64,000 nt of DNA from Chrysomallon squamiferum (lineage: Eukaryota; Animalia; Mollusca), in contig CM022668.1 of the NCBI GenBank assembly GCA_012295275.1, positions 620,001 through 684,000 on the forward strand. Reading direction: 5' to 3'. The notes beneath the pieces were generated by a model, which worked only from the letters and a program-made list of their open reading frames with translations, searched no databases and was not told the DNA's origin. Each line of letters starts with the position of its first letter. Position 1 is the first letter of the stretch. The position numbers and the translations under genes were made by a program. Positions 41,463 through 54,419 of this stretch are shown here, piece by piece.

Positions 41463-41904
41463 GAATATAATTTTCAGAAGTTATTATAAATGAATGCAAT
41501 ACTAATACTAATACTAATACTAATACTACTACTAATAATAGCCGCACAAAAGCAGCAGTAGTAGTTGTTGATGTTATTGTTGTAGTAGTAATAAAGACGA
41601 AACTAAAGAAGATTACGATGGTACCAACTTTTGATTAGTAAATAAGAAAAGGACATTTAAAAAGACAATTAAGTTTATCTGGAAATTATTTTCTATATAC
41701 TGACAAAACATCGAAATATCTTCAGTACTTTTAAATGAATAAATAAATAGAATAAAATAGAACAGAATAACTTAAATAAAAAATAAATAGATAAAGAAAT
41801 AAACGAACTAAGGAAAAACAACATTATTAAATATTAAAATTTAGAGCTCTCTAAATACTACTACTACAGTTGTTGTTGTTGTTGCTGCTTCTGTTGTTGC
41901 TGTA

Positions 41905-41957
<53 letters not shown>

Positions 41958-42610
41958 ATATATTATAAAAGTATATATTTAGTACAGTTAGGTCATGTTT
42001 TTAGAAGGTGACTCACGAAATCAGGTGTATAACTGTTTCACAGTAACACAGCACTAACCCAACGAAATCTACAATAAATCTTCATAGGTGACATTTATAT
42101 TTTATTTTCGTTTTATTGCATTTAACATAAGTAAAATAAATATATATATATATATAAATGAATGAAAAAAATGATAACGACGACGATGATGATAACTTAC
42201 ATTAAACAGACAATTAAAACGAAACGTTTATTTTCTATTGTTATTTCTTAATACCGATTAAAAACAAATAAATATGTTGTACGATGTACCAAAAATTGAA
42301 TTAAATGATTTAATTACTATTTAATCTATTTAATTTAAATACTGAGTTATTATTTGCTTGTTTGTTTGTTTGTTATTCTGTTATCAATTTTTTATTTATT
42401 TTATTAACTAATTTGTTATCGTCACTCTGACCTTTTATTTTAGAACGAAATAAAACTTAAAATAGAATAATTCATTTTATATATTTATCAGGTGATTGTA
42501 AATAGCGATTTTACAAATCCACTGTTTTGATTTCCTATTTTATTTTATGTTTTTATAAGGTTTGGTTGGAATTATCGGTTAACTATGAGTTACTGATTCA
42601 TAGAAATCGT
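41463..42610 (-). repeat. Right arm of ~1-kb inverted repeat, inside the 5' intron of the nuclear receptor gene
   Basis: Reverse complement of 30510-31486. For example, 42001-42136 matches 30864-30998. Confidence 0.95.
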
Positions 42611-43421
42611 GAATTAATTAATGCTAATGTAGGTAGTTGTGTTATTTTATTTATATTATTGTTGTTGTTAATGTTACTAATGAGAGAGATTTCAGAGAGA
42701 ATCCTGCAGTATTTATTTATTTATTTATTATCTGTTTGTTTGTTTAGAATTAAATAAATAAAAAAGTCGAGGCTGCAAGAATGCTGATATTTTGTGGACA
42801 TACAATGTGTCAAATGTTAAAATGTTTAAACATTACTGTTTGTACTGTTTAATTTAAACTGTTTGTATAATATGTTTATAATAAAAATAATACAAAATAA
42901 AATAAAATAGCACAAATTTAAAAAGCAAAATAGAGCAAATTTAAAAAAAAAAAATATAATAAAAAAAAATAAAATAAAATAAATATAGGAACTGACAACC
43001 TTTTAACAAGAAAATGAAGTGGAATAAAATAATATTGTGTAGATTAGCATAAAATAATATTATAATACAATAATTTTAGAAAAGAATTTATTTTATTTAA
43101 TTTTATTTCATTTCATTTTACTTAAAGAAGAAGTAGAGGAAAGAGCGGTTAGCACAACAACTGCTAATTAATTTATTTCATTAGAATTTTTTTATTTTGT
43201 TTCACTTTGTCATAATTTTTTATTTATTTATATTTTTTGTTTCATATTTTTATTTGCTATTTTTAACTGTTTCCCTTTTATGTAAGTAATTTAAACTAAG
43301 TAAACAAGCCGTGATTTAGATACGTAGCCCTAGAAAATATTTTTACATTATCTTTTACTTTTACAATTTAATTTTACAAACATTATTTCTTGTATAAGTA
43401 TTTTTTTCTTACTCTTTTATT

Positions 43422-43456
<35 letters not shown>

Positions 43457-43722
43457 TTATTATTAGCGGGTTTGTTCTTGTTTTATTTTTTCCCATTAAT
43501 TTGATTCCGTAACTTGCTAAATAATATAGAATCGACTTTACTTTTTAATTTATTTTACATTAATTAAATATTTTTTATTAAATAAAAATAACAATTAATT
43601 TATGACGATTTACTGCAGTCAAAAACACACTATATCAACGCAGGATTACTTTGTAACTGACAGAGACATGATTTCGTGGTTCACCTTTTAACACAATCCT
43701 ACTGAAAATGTAATTTAAAAAG

Positions 43723-43724
<2 letters not shown>

Positions 43725-43812
<88 letters not shown>
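43725..43812. repeat. Perfect AT-only palindrome (AAT)n-(ATT)n, ~88 bp
   Basis: The (AAT)n run switches to (ATT)n with no spacer; centre AAT|ATT at 43768/43769. Confidence 0.9.
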
Positions 43813-43821
<9 letters not shown>

Positions 43822-44168
43822 ATAAAGTAAATAAAGTAAAGTATTTATAAAGATGATTTAGTTTGGTAACTGATTTTTGTTTTGTTTTTTCTGCTTTTTT
43901 CTGAAGTAACTCACACAGATTCGTGTGTGTGTGTGTGTGTTTGCGTGCGGGTATGTTTGTGTATGTCTGTTATTATATATAACAAAACACACGCATATAT
44001 ATAAATATGCACATAGACTTACATAAATAAAAGTGTATGCATATATATATATGTATGTATGCATGCATGTGTGTGTGTGTACGTATGTAATTATATATGT
44101 TTGTATGTTTGCATGCACGCATGAAGTTATGCACGTCTTACATATTAAAAAAGTTATTTATTACTCTT

Positions 44169-44180
44169 TGACCTACATTA
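44169..44180 (-). promoter_or_regulatory. RORE/RevRE consensus site TAATGTAGGTCA
   Basis: The plus strand reads TGACCTACATTA. This is an exact match to WAWNTRGGTCA, ~100 bp into the putative first intron of the nuclear receptor. Confidence 0.45.
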
Positions 44181-44282
44181 TTTAATATCTGTTCTGTTGT
44201 GTTTCGCCCTAAATTTTTAACTATAATTTACACGTATAAAACAAAGTAATCATGCAAATAAAAAATAACATTAAAAACTCAC

Positions 44283-44520
44283 CTGATTTAAAGAAAACAT
44301 CGACACCACGTTTAACTCTATTTTATTCCCATCCAAGTCATTATTTAAAAATCCATTCATAAATCATTTGTTCAGCTTATACTAATATTTCAAGTTCTGT
44401 TTTGAAATATTATTATTTTTTATACATATTCAGTGTGCACTGAATGGAAGTAAGGTCTGCAAACGTTAGCGCGCTGTTGCATTATGGGCCATATCGTCAA
44501 TAGTACAAATTCAAAGTGAG
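44283..44520 (-). other. Putative non-coding first exon of the nuclear receptor gene
   Basis: Strong donor CAG|GTGAGT at 44283/44282 (minus). The exon carrying the ATG has an acceptor (TTTCAG|TCGCA at 41235), so an upstream exon is required. TATAAA on the minus strand at ~44546-44551. The 5' boundary is a guess. Confidence 0.5.
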
Positions 44521-45806
44521 TGCGCTTGACCCAACCAAGTGCATGTTTATAAATAAACACATAATGGTGTCACTGGTGTATGCAGTCGTGTAAACATGAT
44601 GATCGTACGGGGGCAAAGTATTTCGTAGTCGCATCATATTTTAACGAAAACTAATATTGCCTTGCTGTCATTATAACTTCCTAAGTATGAACTTGTTAGT
44701 TTGCATCTCTTTTCAACTACGTTTAGCGACAGTTTTTCTAGAAATATCTGTCGATATGTGAAAACGAGATTAACCCCTATCGTTTCTCACGGTATGACCT
44801 ATTGCAGAACTGGGTTGACGAAACGACTACATTGAATCACTGGATACCTTGAAATGTATCTCTGTTTATTTTTTTATTTTTTCATGATATTGTACATAAA
44901 TTTATTTCTTGTTTTTCATGTTAAGTGCTGCTTATTTATAACAAATGTAAAAGAAAGAACGTGATCGCCTAGGCTGAAGCCTTGATCTGGTTTTAATACG
45001 GTTAAGCCAAAACGAGGTAAACGAGTTATTTCCACGTACCTTATTTTAGGGCGGTCCTGGGGCAGAGTAGAGGGAGACTAAGCGGATTTCAAATATTACA
45101 AAGAAAAGAAAAAAAATTGTTATTTGTTTATTTTAATTTATTTATTTTTATTATTAATAATAATTTTTTTTTTAAAAGAAGGTGTAGAAATGAGAAATTT
45201 TGGCTCACATGGATTGATGTACCAATTGTATAAACAAACATGGATTATAGTAACTGAATATTCATGAATTTTTGCGCAATATTTAGTTCATGTTGATAAA
45301 CAGTGTTCTCTATTTTCTTAACAATATTAATTAAAATAAGAGGTGGATGTCTACAAACTGTAGTATCATAAGTAACTTAAATTAAAAGAGCTGACAGATT
45401 TTTGAAAAATTATTGCTAACTACAAAACGTTACTGGGATAATGTAAATTGTAAATGGATGTACAAACGTGTGTATATATATAAAATGACAGACATTATAG
45501 CATATTTTGAATAACAAGGATGAATCTGTAATGAAATTCATGAAGCTTAATCTTCTGGGCCTCTAATTCCAGATAGATGAAAGTTTTTTTTTTTAAATCT
45601 GAGATATGTCTAATCTTTTTAAAATCTTTCATGGAACATTGTCATAGAAGAAGATACTTATCCAGACTCGTTGTTCCAGAGATGGTCGGACATCGCAATA
45701 ATAGAGGTTATAGCCAGAGGTTATAGCAAGAGGTTTGGCGGGTACTAGATAAAAGGAAGTGTCGTTGGGTTTCTTGTTGCAGTGATTAAATTTATTATTT
45801 GTCTGC

Positions 45807-46947
45807 AAACAGTTGTTACATCTCTAGTTTCTTACTTTAATGCTTATATTTGTTATTTGTGGGTAAACAGTTGTTACATCTCTAGTTTCTTTCTTTAATG
45901 CTTATATTTGTTATATTTGTGGGTAAACAGTTGTTACATCTCTAGTTTCTTACTTTAATGCTTATATTTGTTATTTGTGGGTAAACAGTTGTTACATCTC
46001 TAGTTTCTTACTTTAATTCTTATATTTGTTATTTGTGGGTAAACAGTTGTTACATCTCTAGTTTCTTATATTTAATGCTTATATTTGTTATTTGTTATTT
46101 GTGGGTAAACAGTTGTTACATCTCTAGTTTCTTACTTTAATGCTTATATTTGTTATTTGTGGGTAAACAGTTGTTACATCTCTAGTTTCTTACTTTAATG
46201 CTTATATTTGTTATTTGTGGGTAAACAGTAGTTACATGTCTAGTTTCTTACTTTAATGTTTATATTTTTAATTGTGGTTTATATTTGTTAGTTTTTTAAT
46301 GTTTATATTTGTTATTTGTGTAAACAGTTGTTACATCTCTAGTTTCTTACTTTAATGCTCATATTTGTTATTTGTGGGTAAACGGTTGTTACTTATCTTT
46401 TTCTTACTTTAATGCTCATATTTGTTATTTGTGGGTAAACAGTTGTTACGTCTCTAGTTTCTTACTTTAATGCTTATATTTGTTATTTGTGGGTAAACAG
46501 TTGTTACATGACTACTTTCTTACTTTAATGCTTATATTTGTTATTTGTGGGTAAACAGTAGTTACATGTCTAGTTTCTTACTTTAGTGTTTATATTTGTT
46601 ATATTTGTGTGTAAACAGTTGTTACATGTCTACTTTCTTATTTTAATGCTTATATTTGTTATATTTGTGCAAACAGTTGTTACATGTCTACTTTCTTACT
46701 TTAATGCTCATATTTGTTATTTGTGGGTAAACGGTTGTTACTTATCTTTTTCTTACTTTAATGCTCATATTTGTTATTTGTGGGTAAACAGTTGTTACAT
46801 CTCTAGTTTCTTACTTTAATGCTTATATTTGTTATTTGTGGGTAAACAGTTGTTACATCTCTAGTTTCTTACTTTAATGCTTATATTTGTTATTTGTGGG
46901 TAAACAGTTGTTACATGTCTTGGTTCTTACTTTAATGTTTATATTTA
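45807..46947. repeat. 58-bp minisatellite, ~19-20 copies
   Basis: Unit AAACAGTTGTTACATCTCTAGTTTCTTACTTTAATGCTTATATTTGTTATTTGTGGGT at 45807, 45865, 45925, 45983, 46041 and onward. Confidence 0.97.
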
Positions 46948-47037
46948 CAGTTAATAATTACAGTTAACATTCAATCTGCCATAAATAAATAATAAATAGC
47001 CTAAATCTAATAATAGCCTAAATAATAATAATAGAAA

Positions 47038-47068
<31 letters not shown>

Positions 47069-47443
47069 GCCATAGAGTTGGCATGGAAATGTGTCCTGAC
47101 TAATAAAACTAGGTTTTGTTTATCATGTAAAGAATTAAGTTTTAAATCTGAGAACTTAAATTTAATTAAAATTTACAAAAAAAAAACAAGCATTATGTAC
47201 AATAAAAGCAGTATATCTGTAGATGAAAGTAGTTCTTGTTTGCATAGTAATATCATTTACATATTTATGTTGTCATAAATTCTCATTTTTGTACCTGAAA
47301 GTAATTAAGTATTTGTATTTATTGGTCGATCGCAGTACTTTTAGATATGGTTGTTCTGTCTTCACATTTTGACACTTGTCGAAGTCTAATGTCCATATTG
47401 AGAAAGGTGACGTTATAACTATTTTAATATTGTCAAGGAAACT

Positions 47444-48365
47444 TCATGACCAGGAAATGACGTCACTGTCACTGTCATTAGATCTATTTAGACACAAACT
47501 GTCATCATCTGAAACTTCATACCTGCAATAAAACAAAAAAAATAATAAGGTTAAAATAAATTAATAAAGTGTAATATAAAACAAATTAAATTATTAATAC
47601 AAGAAAGAAAGAAGAAAGTCAAAAAGATATTTCAAGATATTTTAAACTTTAGCACAAACAACAACAACAACAACAATAAATAATTAAATAATTATGAATA
47701 AAATCATTAAATAAGTAGATATTATAAGTGTGGTTTTGTTTTTCTTTCTCTTTGTTTTTTGGATATTTTAGGGTTTTTTTGTGTATATGTGTATGTATCT
47801 GCTGAATGCTGCTAACGTGTATGCTTACCAAGGACGACAATTCCATTCAGTTTGTTTCGTGGTCTGAAAAACACAATAGCAATTATAGTAACGATTTGTA
47901 GTAATATCGCTACAGCTAACAGTTCACGCGATTAAGATAAAAAATAATAATAATAATAATAATAATTAAAAATTAAAAATATAAAGAACAAAATTATAAA
48001 TAAGAGTATTGACTAATTAAGAAAACTGTATAATCACTGTCAGTGAGACTCGCGCAAATGAAGAGATTTATTTTTAAATATTCTCAGTCACGTGCATTCA
48101 AGTGTAAACGTATTTTTTATAGAGAGAGCCTCGGTAGTTTCTAGGAGTTTTTTATGTTGTTTTCTTTTTCTTTCTTTCTTTTCTTTTTTCTTTCTTTCTT
48201 TCTTTCTTTCTTTTTCGATATTTTTTCTTTGTTTCTTTTTTGGTTACTGTTGTTTGTTTGTTTATTTGTTTTTTGTACGAAACAAAATCCGATTTTTATA
48301 AAAGGTTGCAAAAATTATCAACTGATTAATATTTTGTCACTAAATCGCAGATAACCTGTAAAATC

Positions 48366-48402
<37 letters not shown>

Positions 48403-50305
48403 TATAGGTCGAGAATCCTTTATCCGGAATGCTTGGGACCGATTGTGTTTCGGATTTTCGAATACAAGGAGATAGCATGAGAACAGAATCTACGTCTAAC
48501 TATGAATTCTATTTAATTTTCATATACAGCTTATGCAGATAGATGCAAGATTATTTATAATAACAAACCCCAGCAACTTACGCAAGAAAATTGTTCCTCC
48601 TGTTTTTGAAATTCGGAATGTTTTTTGCCTGCTGAAATGAAGCTGCTGTTTTTAGTTTCCGCTGCTGACAGGGGAAAATTAAACAGGCTACCAAACTTGT
48701 CTGAGTGTGTTTCTTTTACAAGCGGTTTCGTTTTTCTCTCTCTATCTTCACTCAGCTTGAATGTCGTACTGTCAGAAAGACGCCGTCCGTCCGCTGCTGT
48801 CACTGATTCCACATAGTCGCTATTGCGGTAGCTTTGTTTTCGAACGGACTGGAGATGTCGGTGTAGCCGTTGTTCAGATAGTTGATCGCAGTCCAGCTCT
48901 TCGTGTTCGAGATTGAGAACTATGGTTTTGTAGTTGCCGTCGTTGTCGTCGGAGTAATAACTGGATTCTTCAGAGCCATTGCTAGTGGTGAAATTCGACG
49001 TAGTTGAACACCACTTGGAAACTGAGGGGATCGACATACTGGAATGTGAATTAGTTCCCACGTGTTTGGTGTACTTCTTTGTGTCAGTATGGTTCGTATC
49101 ACCTGACAGGACATTAGTACTGGATGACGTCACTGATGACGTCGACGATAACATGTTGATCACATTACCTGTTCTGAATGTGTTGAACCTTGTTTTAATT
49201 GCTTCTGAGTTTTCGTTCTTTATGAATTTATTATCTGTTTTCTGTTCAAGATTTTCTAGTAAACATTTCTTGAACATGGTTCCAGCTTCATTTTTCAGTT
49301 CACTGTTTCCAGGCTGATGAGCTGGTGTTAGATAGCTAGTATTACATGTACTCGACTTATCTGGGTTTTCACTGGACGGATGTTCACGCAATGGAGCGGA
49401 AGGGTTATTCTCTTTTGAAAATGAGTCGTTTTGTGTCACCGTCACTAACACATCGGATTGTAATGAGTTGTTGGAAAGCTTCAGGGGAAGTCTCATTGTC
49501 TCTGATAGTAATAATGGGTCTAATGTATCTGCAGATTTTTCACAAACTGTCCTTTGTGCCACGGCGTCAACCTGTCCTTGAGACACACACGCATTAACTG
49601 AACAGTTTTTATGGAAAATGGGTTGCATCGATGTTTCTGTCTGTTTCTGTGATTTCTTAACAGACAAATATGGTTGTGGTGACGTCATAACAGACAAAGA
49701 TGATTGCTGGATATTTTTATCAGCTAACTGTTTAGAAATTGACACTGTGTTTCTTTCTTCATTTCCACAAGAGCACGGATTGCACGCGCAAGTTTCACAT
49801 GTATGATTCTGTGATAAACGAATATAATCTTCCTCCTGATGTTCGTCATTCTCTTTCTGTGGTAATAACAATGTTTTTGTTACGATATTTTCTCTGTGTT
49901 CTAGAGTATTCCAGATGATATTTTTAACATCATAATTACGTGTCCTGCACTGACAGTAAACCGATTTCATGATGTCACTGGAAAAATAAACACAGTATGT
50001 CACATTTCGTAAAATGCAGACTCAATAATATAGTTCAATGAATATGTGACTTTTGATTGAAAAAAAAATATATTAAAATTATCTAAGTGTCACATGGTAA
50101 AAATAGTTTGACTCACTTCAAAGACATATTTTCAAATCGTTTCTCAAAGGCCAAATCTAGAACGTGCATGACCAGCATGTAGCCATGACAACCAGCTGAT
50201 GAACATCGACTTGATTCTTCCAAAACAGTTGGATTTTGATAATCCCATATTCTTAATCCCTCAGCCACCAATAGCTTTAAATTAAAACAAAATATAGTTC
50301 TTTCT

Positions 50306-50360
<55 letters not shown>

Positions 50361-50761
50361 TGTTGTTGTTGTTGTTGTTTTTGTTGTTGTTGCCTGCTGC
50401 TGCTGCTGTTATTGTATTTGTTGTACTGTTGGGTTTTTTCTGTCAACACACTGTTAGGTTTACTTTCATATATCACAGAAATAATTTACTATATAGTACA
50501 TGCATTGTTAAAAATACCTGAAGTATAATCACGTGATCAGTTCGGGCAGCTTCCAGGGCAGCGGCATGTGCGACTGTGTCTTTGTCATGTGACGTCAAGT
50601 GCACAGCAGACGACATATACTCCAAAAGTATTTGTAGACACAAATTCTGTAAATTAATTAATATTATTTGTTTTTAATTGTGATTTCTTATCCAGAATGT
50701 TCAGAGAGAAAAGAAGTAGTGAAATTAAGCACTTGAGCTGATAACTGATGTTTAGTACATA

Positions 50762-50849
<88 letters not shown>

Positions 50850-51535
50850 TAGACACGCTTGAGAAATTTGTGTTAGGAGGCTAAATCCAAAAATATCACC
50901 ACTGAATCTATTTTCTTCATATCTTCGTAACTAGATCAAATAAAAACATAATTTCAAGCATGCAAAATCTAATGCAGCTATTTTCCCTAACGAAACAGCA
51001 AAAATCATGATGGCAACCATGATGCTGAAGTTGAAAGTTTAGGTCGGTCAAGGGGCATAACTATATTAAAATGTGATATTCGAAGTTTCACGTTGTTACC
51101 TCTCTTGATGCGACTAAAATTATCTTCATAAACCTTCGTACTCTCTATGCAAAAAATTATTAATAATCAATATTCTGCCTTAACAAAAAATTATTACAAC
51201 TGACTGCCATGTTTGTATTTTTCTTAGTAATGAGAGCGAATATGTTTAAATGTATTTTAATATCCAAATGAATAAATACTAAATGAGAGTGACAAAGAGA
51301 CAAACATAAGAAGACAGACAGATTGATGGATAAATATATTATTGATTGATAGCCAAACAGTCGTACAGGTAGAGAGATCACAGAGGCTTAAAAACTAAAA
51401 ATTAATGTCAATAAATCTCACCTGACCTAGGTGCGCAGCGAGAGAGGTGAGAGTTACAAGTCTCTGTACAGAGACGATGTCACCGCCATTCTCTATCTCA
51501 CTCAGAATATTCCTTAGCGATTTTGTGTTGTTCAG

Positions 51536-51586
<51 letters not shown>

Positions 51587-51647
51587 TATAATTATTATTA
51601 TTATTATTTAAAAAACACAAAAATATCACTAACAATTACAATAATTA

Positions 51648-51706
<59 letters not shown>

Positions 51707-51760
51707 AGTAGCAGCAGAAATAGTTGGCAGTTGTACTGTTATTATTATTATTATTATTAT

Positions 51761-51792
<32 letters not shown>

Positions 51793-51884
51793 TAGTAGAA
51801 GGAGGAGGAGGAAGAGTTAACAGCAGCAGCAATAGTTGTAATACGAGTAGCAACAATAGCAGTAATTTGATTACAGCATATTTC

Positions 51885-51924
<40 letters not shown>

Positions 51925-53708
51925 GGAAGAAAAAAGAATGAAATCTCAAAACATTTTTATTATAATGTATCACAGGTATCGTGCGTATAAAAATAATAAA
52001 ATCAGTGACATAGATCATTGAAATATCTCACCTTGATAGCTTGTTTCAAAAGATCAGTATCCGTTTCGCTACTTGGCTGGTTGGAGATTATAACGTCACA
52101 AGTGGTAAGATCTATTTTAAAATTGTTAGTTTGATCCAACTTACTATGTTTATGAGCAGATAACTCCAATGGCACATTTGCATAATTTTCCAAATTCTGT
52201 CTGTATTTACTTTGTGCAGAGCCTAAACCCAGAGGAGTGACATCTGTTTTGCTAGAACATAAAAAAAAATGTTCTGCGTTTTGAAGGTTGGGGTATCTGG
52301 ACTCATCTGCTGTTTCTAGTGATTTGCGCTGTGGTGCAGGTGTGGAATTACCACGTGGACTAGAGGGTTTTTTGGTTTTTCTCTGGAGCATGCCTCCACT
52401 TAATAGTTTCCTGGAACCGCCGCTATTCATATTCCTCAAGAATGAATTGTTGGAATTCTTCCAAGCAGCCTTTTTACCACTGCCTCTTTCTCTTTGAATG
52501 TGCTATAAAAATAAAAACAACAACAACAATAACATAAACAACAACAACAACAACAGTAACTTAATAAAAAGAGTTACTCTAAAATCTACTTACTGTTTTG
52601 TTTTTTTATATTCTTAATATTAAAATATTCTGCTACCGCTAATCTATCATTCATTCAGTCATCCTTTCATACTACTGCTATTACTGCTGGTGGTAATACT
52701 ATGGCTTTCACTACTATAACTACTGCTGCTATTACTACTACTACTACTAGTTCTACAGCTACTATAGTTACTACCAGAAGAACTACAACTACTACTACTA
52801 ATTTTCATCCACGACAATGGCACACCCGTTCCCCTTTTCAAAATCTTCGATCTGACTGGATACCTTCTTTTTCACATATTTTGTGTTTCTGTCGCAAGCA
52901 GCGAAACACTCGGCTATGGTGTCGTCTATGGTGAAGTTTTGTACCAGTGTATCAATGTCCGATATCATCGCATACGTCAGCGGTTTCTGGTCAAAATGTC
53001 GTTGTCGCAGAGACTGCATTGCAAGCATATCTAAAAGAAAGAAAGAATGAATGAATTGGTAACTGGTAATAAAGGAATGATTAGATGAATAAAAGAATGA
53101 AAGCTAGATGAATAAAACAGCAAATGAATAAATGAGCGAAAGAAAAATATAAATGAGAAAAACAGCGAATTTATAAGTTTAAATGAATACTTGAGAAAAT
53201 GAACAAAGGGATGAATAAATTTAGTTATCAACACATCAGTTTTATTCAGTATTCACTGTGAGTGTAGACAGCAAACTCGCTCGAAACACAACCACTCGAG
53301 ATCAAAAGAAGAAAGGAGAAAAAGTATTCGACAAAAGTGTCCAGCAGCATTGGTTGTAATAAACTAAAATACACTGAAATAAGATAATGTCTCTTAGAGA
53401 ATTTAGTTTCGACCTTTATTTATTTCAAATTATTAGTACTGCTGTTACTACAACTATTACTACTACTACTACTCTATTATTTCTGCTACTACTCATATTC
53501 CTACTCCTACTGCTACTACTACTATTAATAATAACAATAACAACAACGGCATCAGCAGCAACAATAATAACAACAAGAGTAAAACTGGAAACATATTAAA
53601 AAGAAGAAGAAGAAAAAAACGAATTACAAAAAATAAATAAATGGAAAAATTATACTTACCTAGCAATGCTTCGGGATTCCTATTCTGTTTCAAAGTGGGA
53701 CGTTCCAT
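47444..53708 (-). CDS. Ankyrin-repeat protein, synphilin-1 (SNCAIP)-like, 9 coding exons, 865 aa
   Basis: Exons (minus): 53708-53660, 53030-52864, 52502-52032, 51535-51422, 50646-50518, 50274-50117, 49977-48582, 47863-47829, 47522-47444 (2598 nt, all GT-AG and in phase). An in-frame stop precedes the ATG. Degenerate ankyrin repeats: LLKQAIKLNNTKSLRNIL, LTSLAAHLGQNLCLQILLE, TVAHAAA..HVIILQLLVAEG. The N-terminal TIAECFAACD and the post-ankyrin CHGYMLVMHVLDLA recall synphilin-1. The gene model is firmer than the family call. Confidence 0.75.
48405..48557 (+). mobile_element. Partial duplicate (5' half) of the Tigger-like MITE at 54420
   Basis: About 150 bp, nearly identical to 54420-54572, including the flanking (AAT)n run. 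Confidence 0.9.
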
Positions 53709-54383
53709 CTCTAGATGGTCCTTCTTTCTTTATCGTGTATCTGTTAATATAATTCCAAATAACAATACATTTAATATCAGAAACAGCAACTGTAGGAAAT
53801 AGAGTACTGGCGGTACTGTGGTGGTAATACAAGATATAGTTGTAATATTAGTTTGTCTGTAATAGCTATATAGCTCAGTAATACTGGTGACCGTAGTAGA
53901 AATAATAGTACTATTAGTAGTAATAGTAGTCGTCTTCTTCTTCTTTACACATGTAACTCTACACATTAAACAAACATAGACATGCTAAAATACGAAAAAT
54001 ATTGTGCAAACACAAATATACATTTAAAAAACTGCAGAGAATTAAATGGATATAGAGAGAAAAATAGGTACCCAGACAGACATATATAGAGTATATATTT
54101 TTATATTAAAAAATACATACCTACATATATATACTTACATACATACAAGCATACATACACATCCACATACATTCACGCATACATGCATACAAACATACAC
54201 ACACATATACATACTTACATACATACATACAAAAAGTTAAAGAAAACAAAGTAAAGTTAAATAACAATAATAACAACAACAACAACAGCAACAATAATAA
54301 CAATAATAATAACAATAACAACAACAATAATACTAATAATAATAATAATAACAGTAATAATAATAATAATATTAATAATAATG

Positions 54384-54419
<36 letters not shown>

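Noticed and set aside
45807-46947. Regular repeat array that could be mistaken for a CRISPR array
   Set aside because: The units are contiguous 58-bp copies with no unique spacers, there are no cas genes, and the context is eukaryotic. It is a minisatellite.
47273-47446. 56 open codons after the TGA of the synphilin-like gene (read-through or selenocysteine?)
   Set aside because: No CUAG read-through context or recognisable SECIS, the extension contains an AATAAA, and the length is compatible with chance.
50846-51160. Intronic segment resembling a non-autonomous DNA/Helitron-type repeat (AAGGGGCATAACT motif); similar impression for 1-280
   Set aside because: No termini, TSD or second copy could be identified in the window, so it is not called as a feature.
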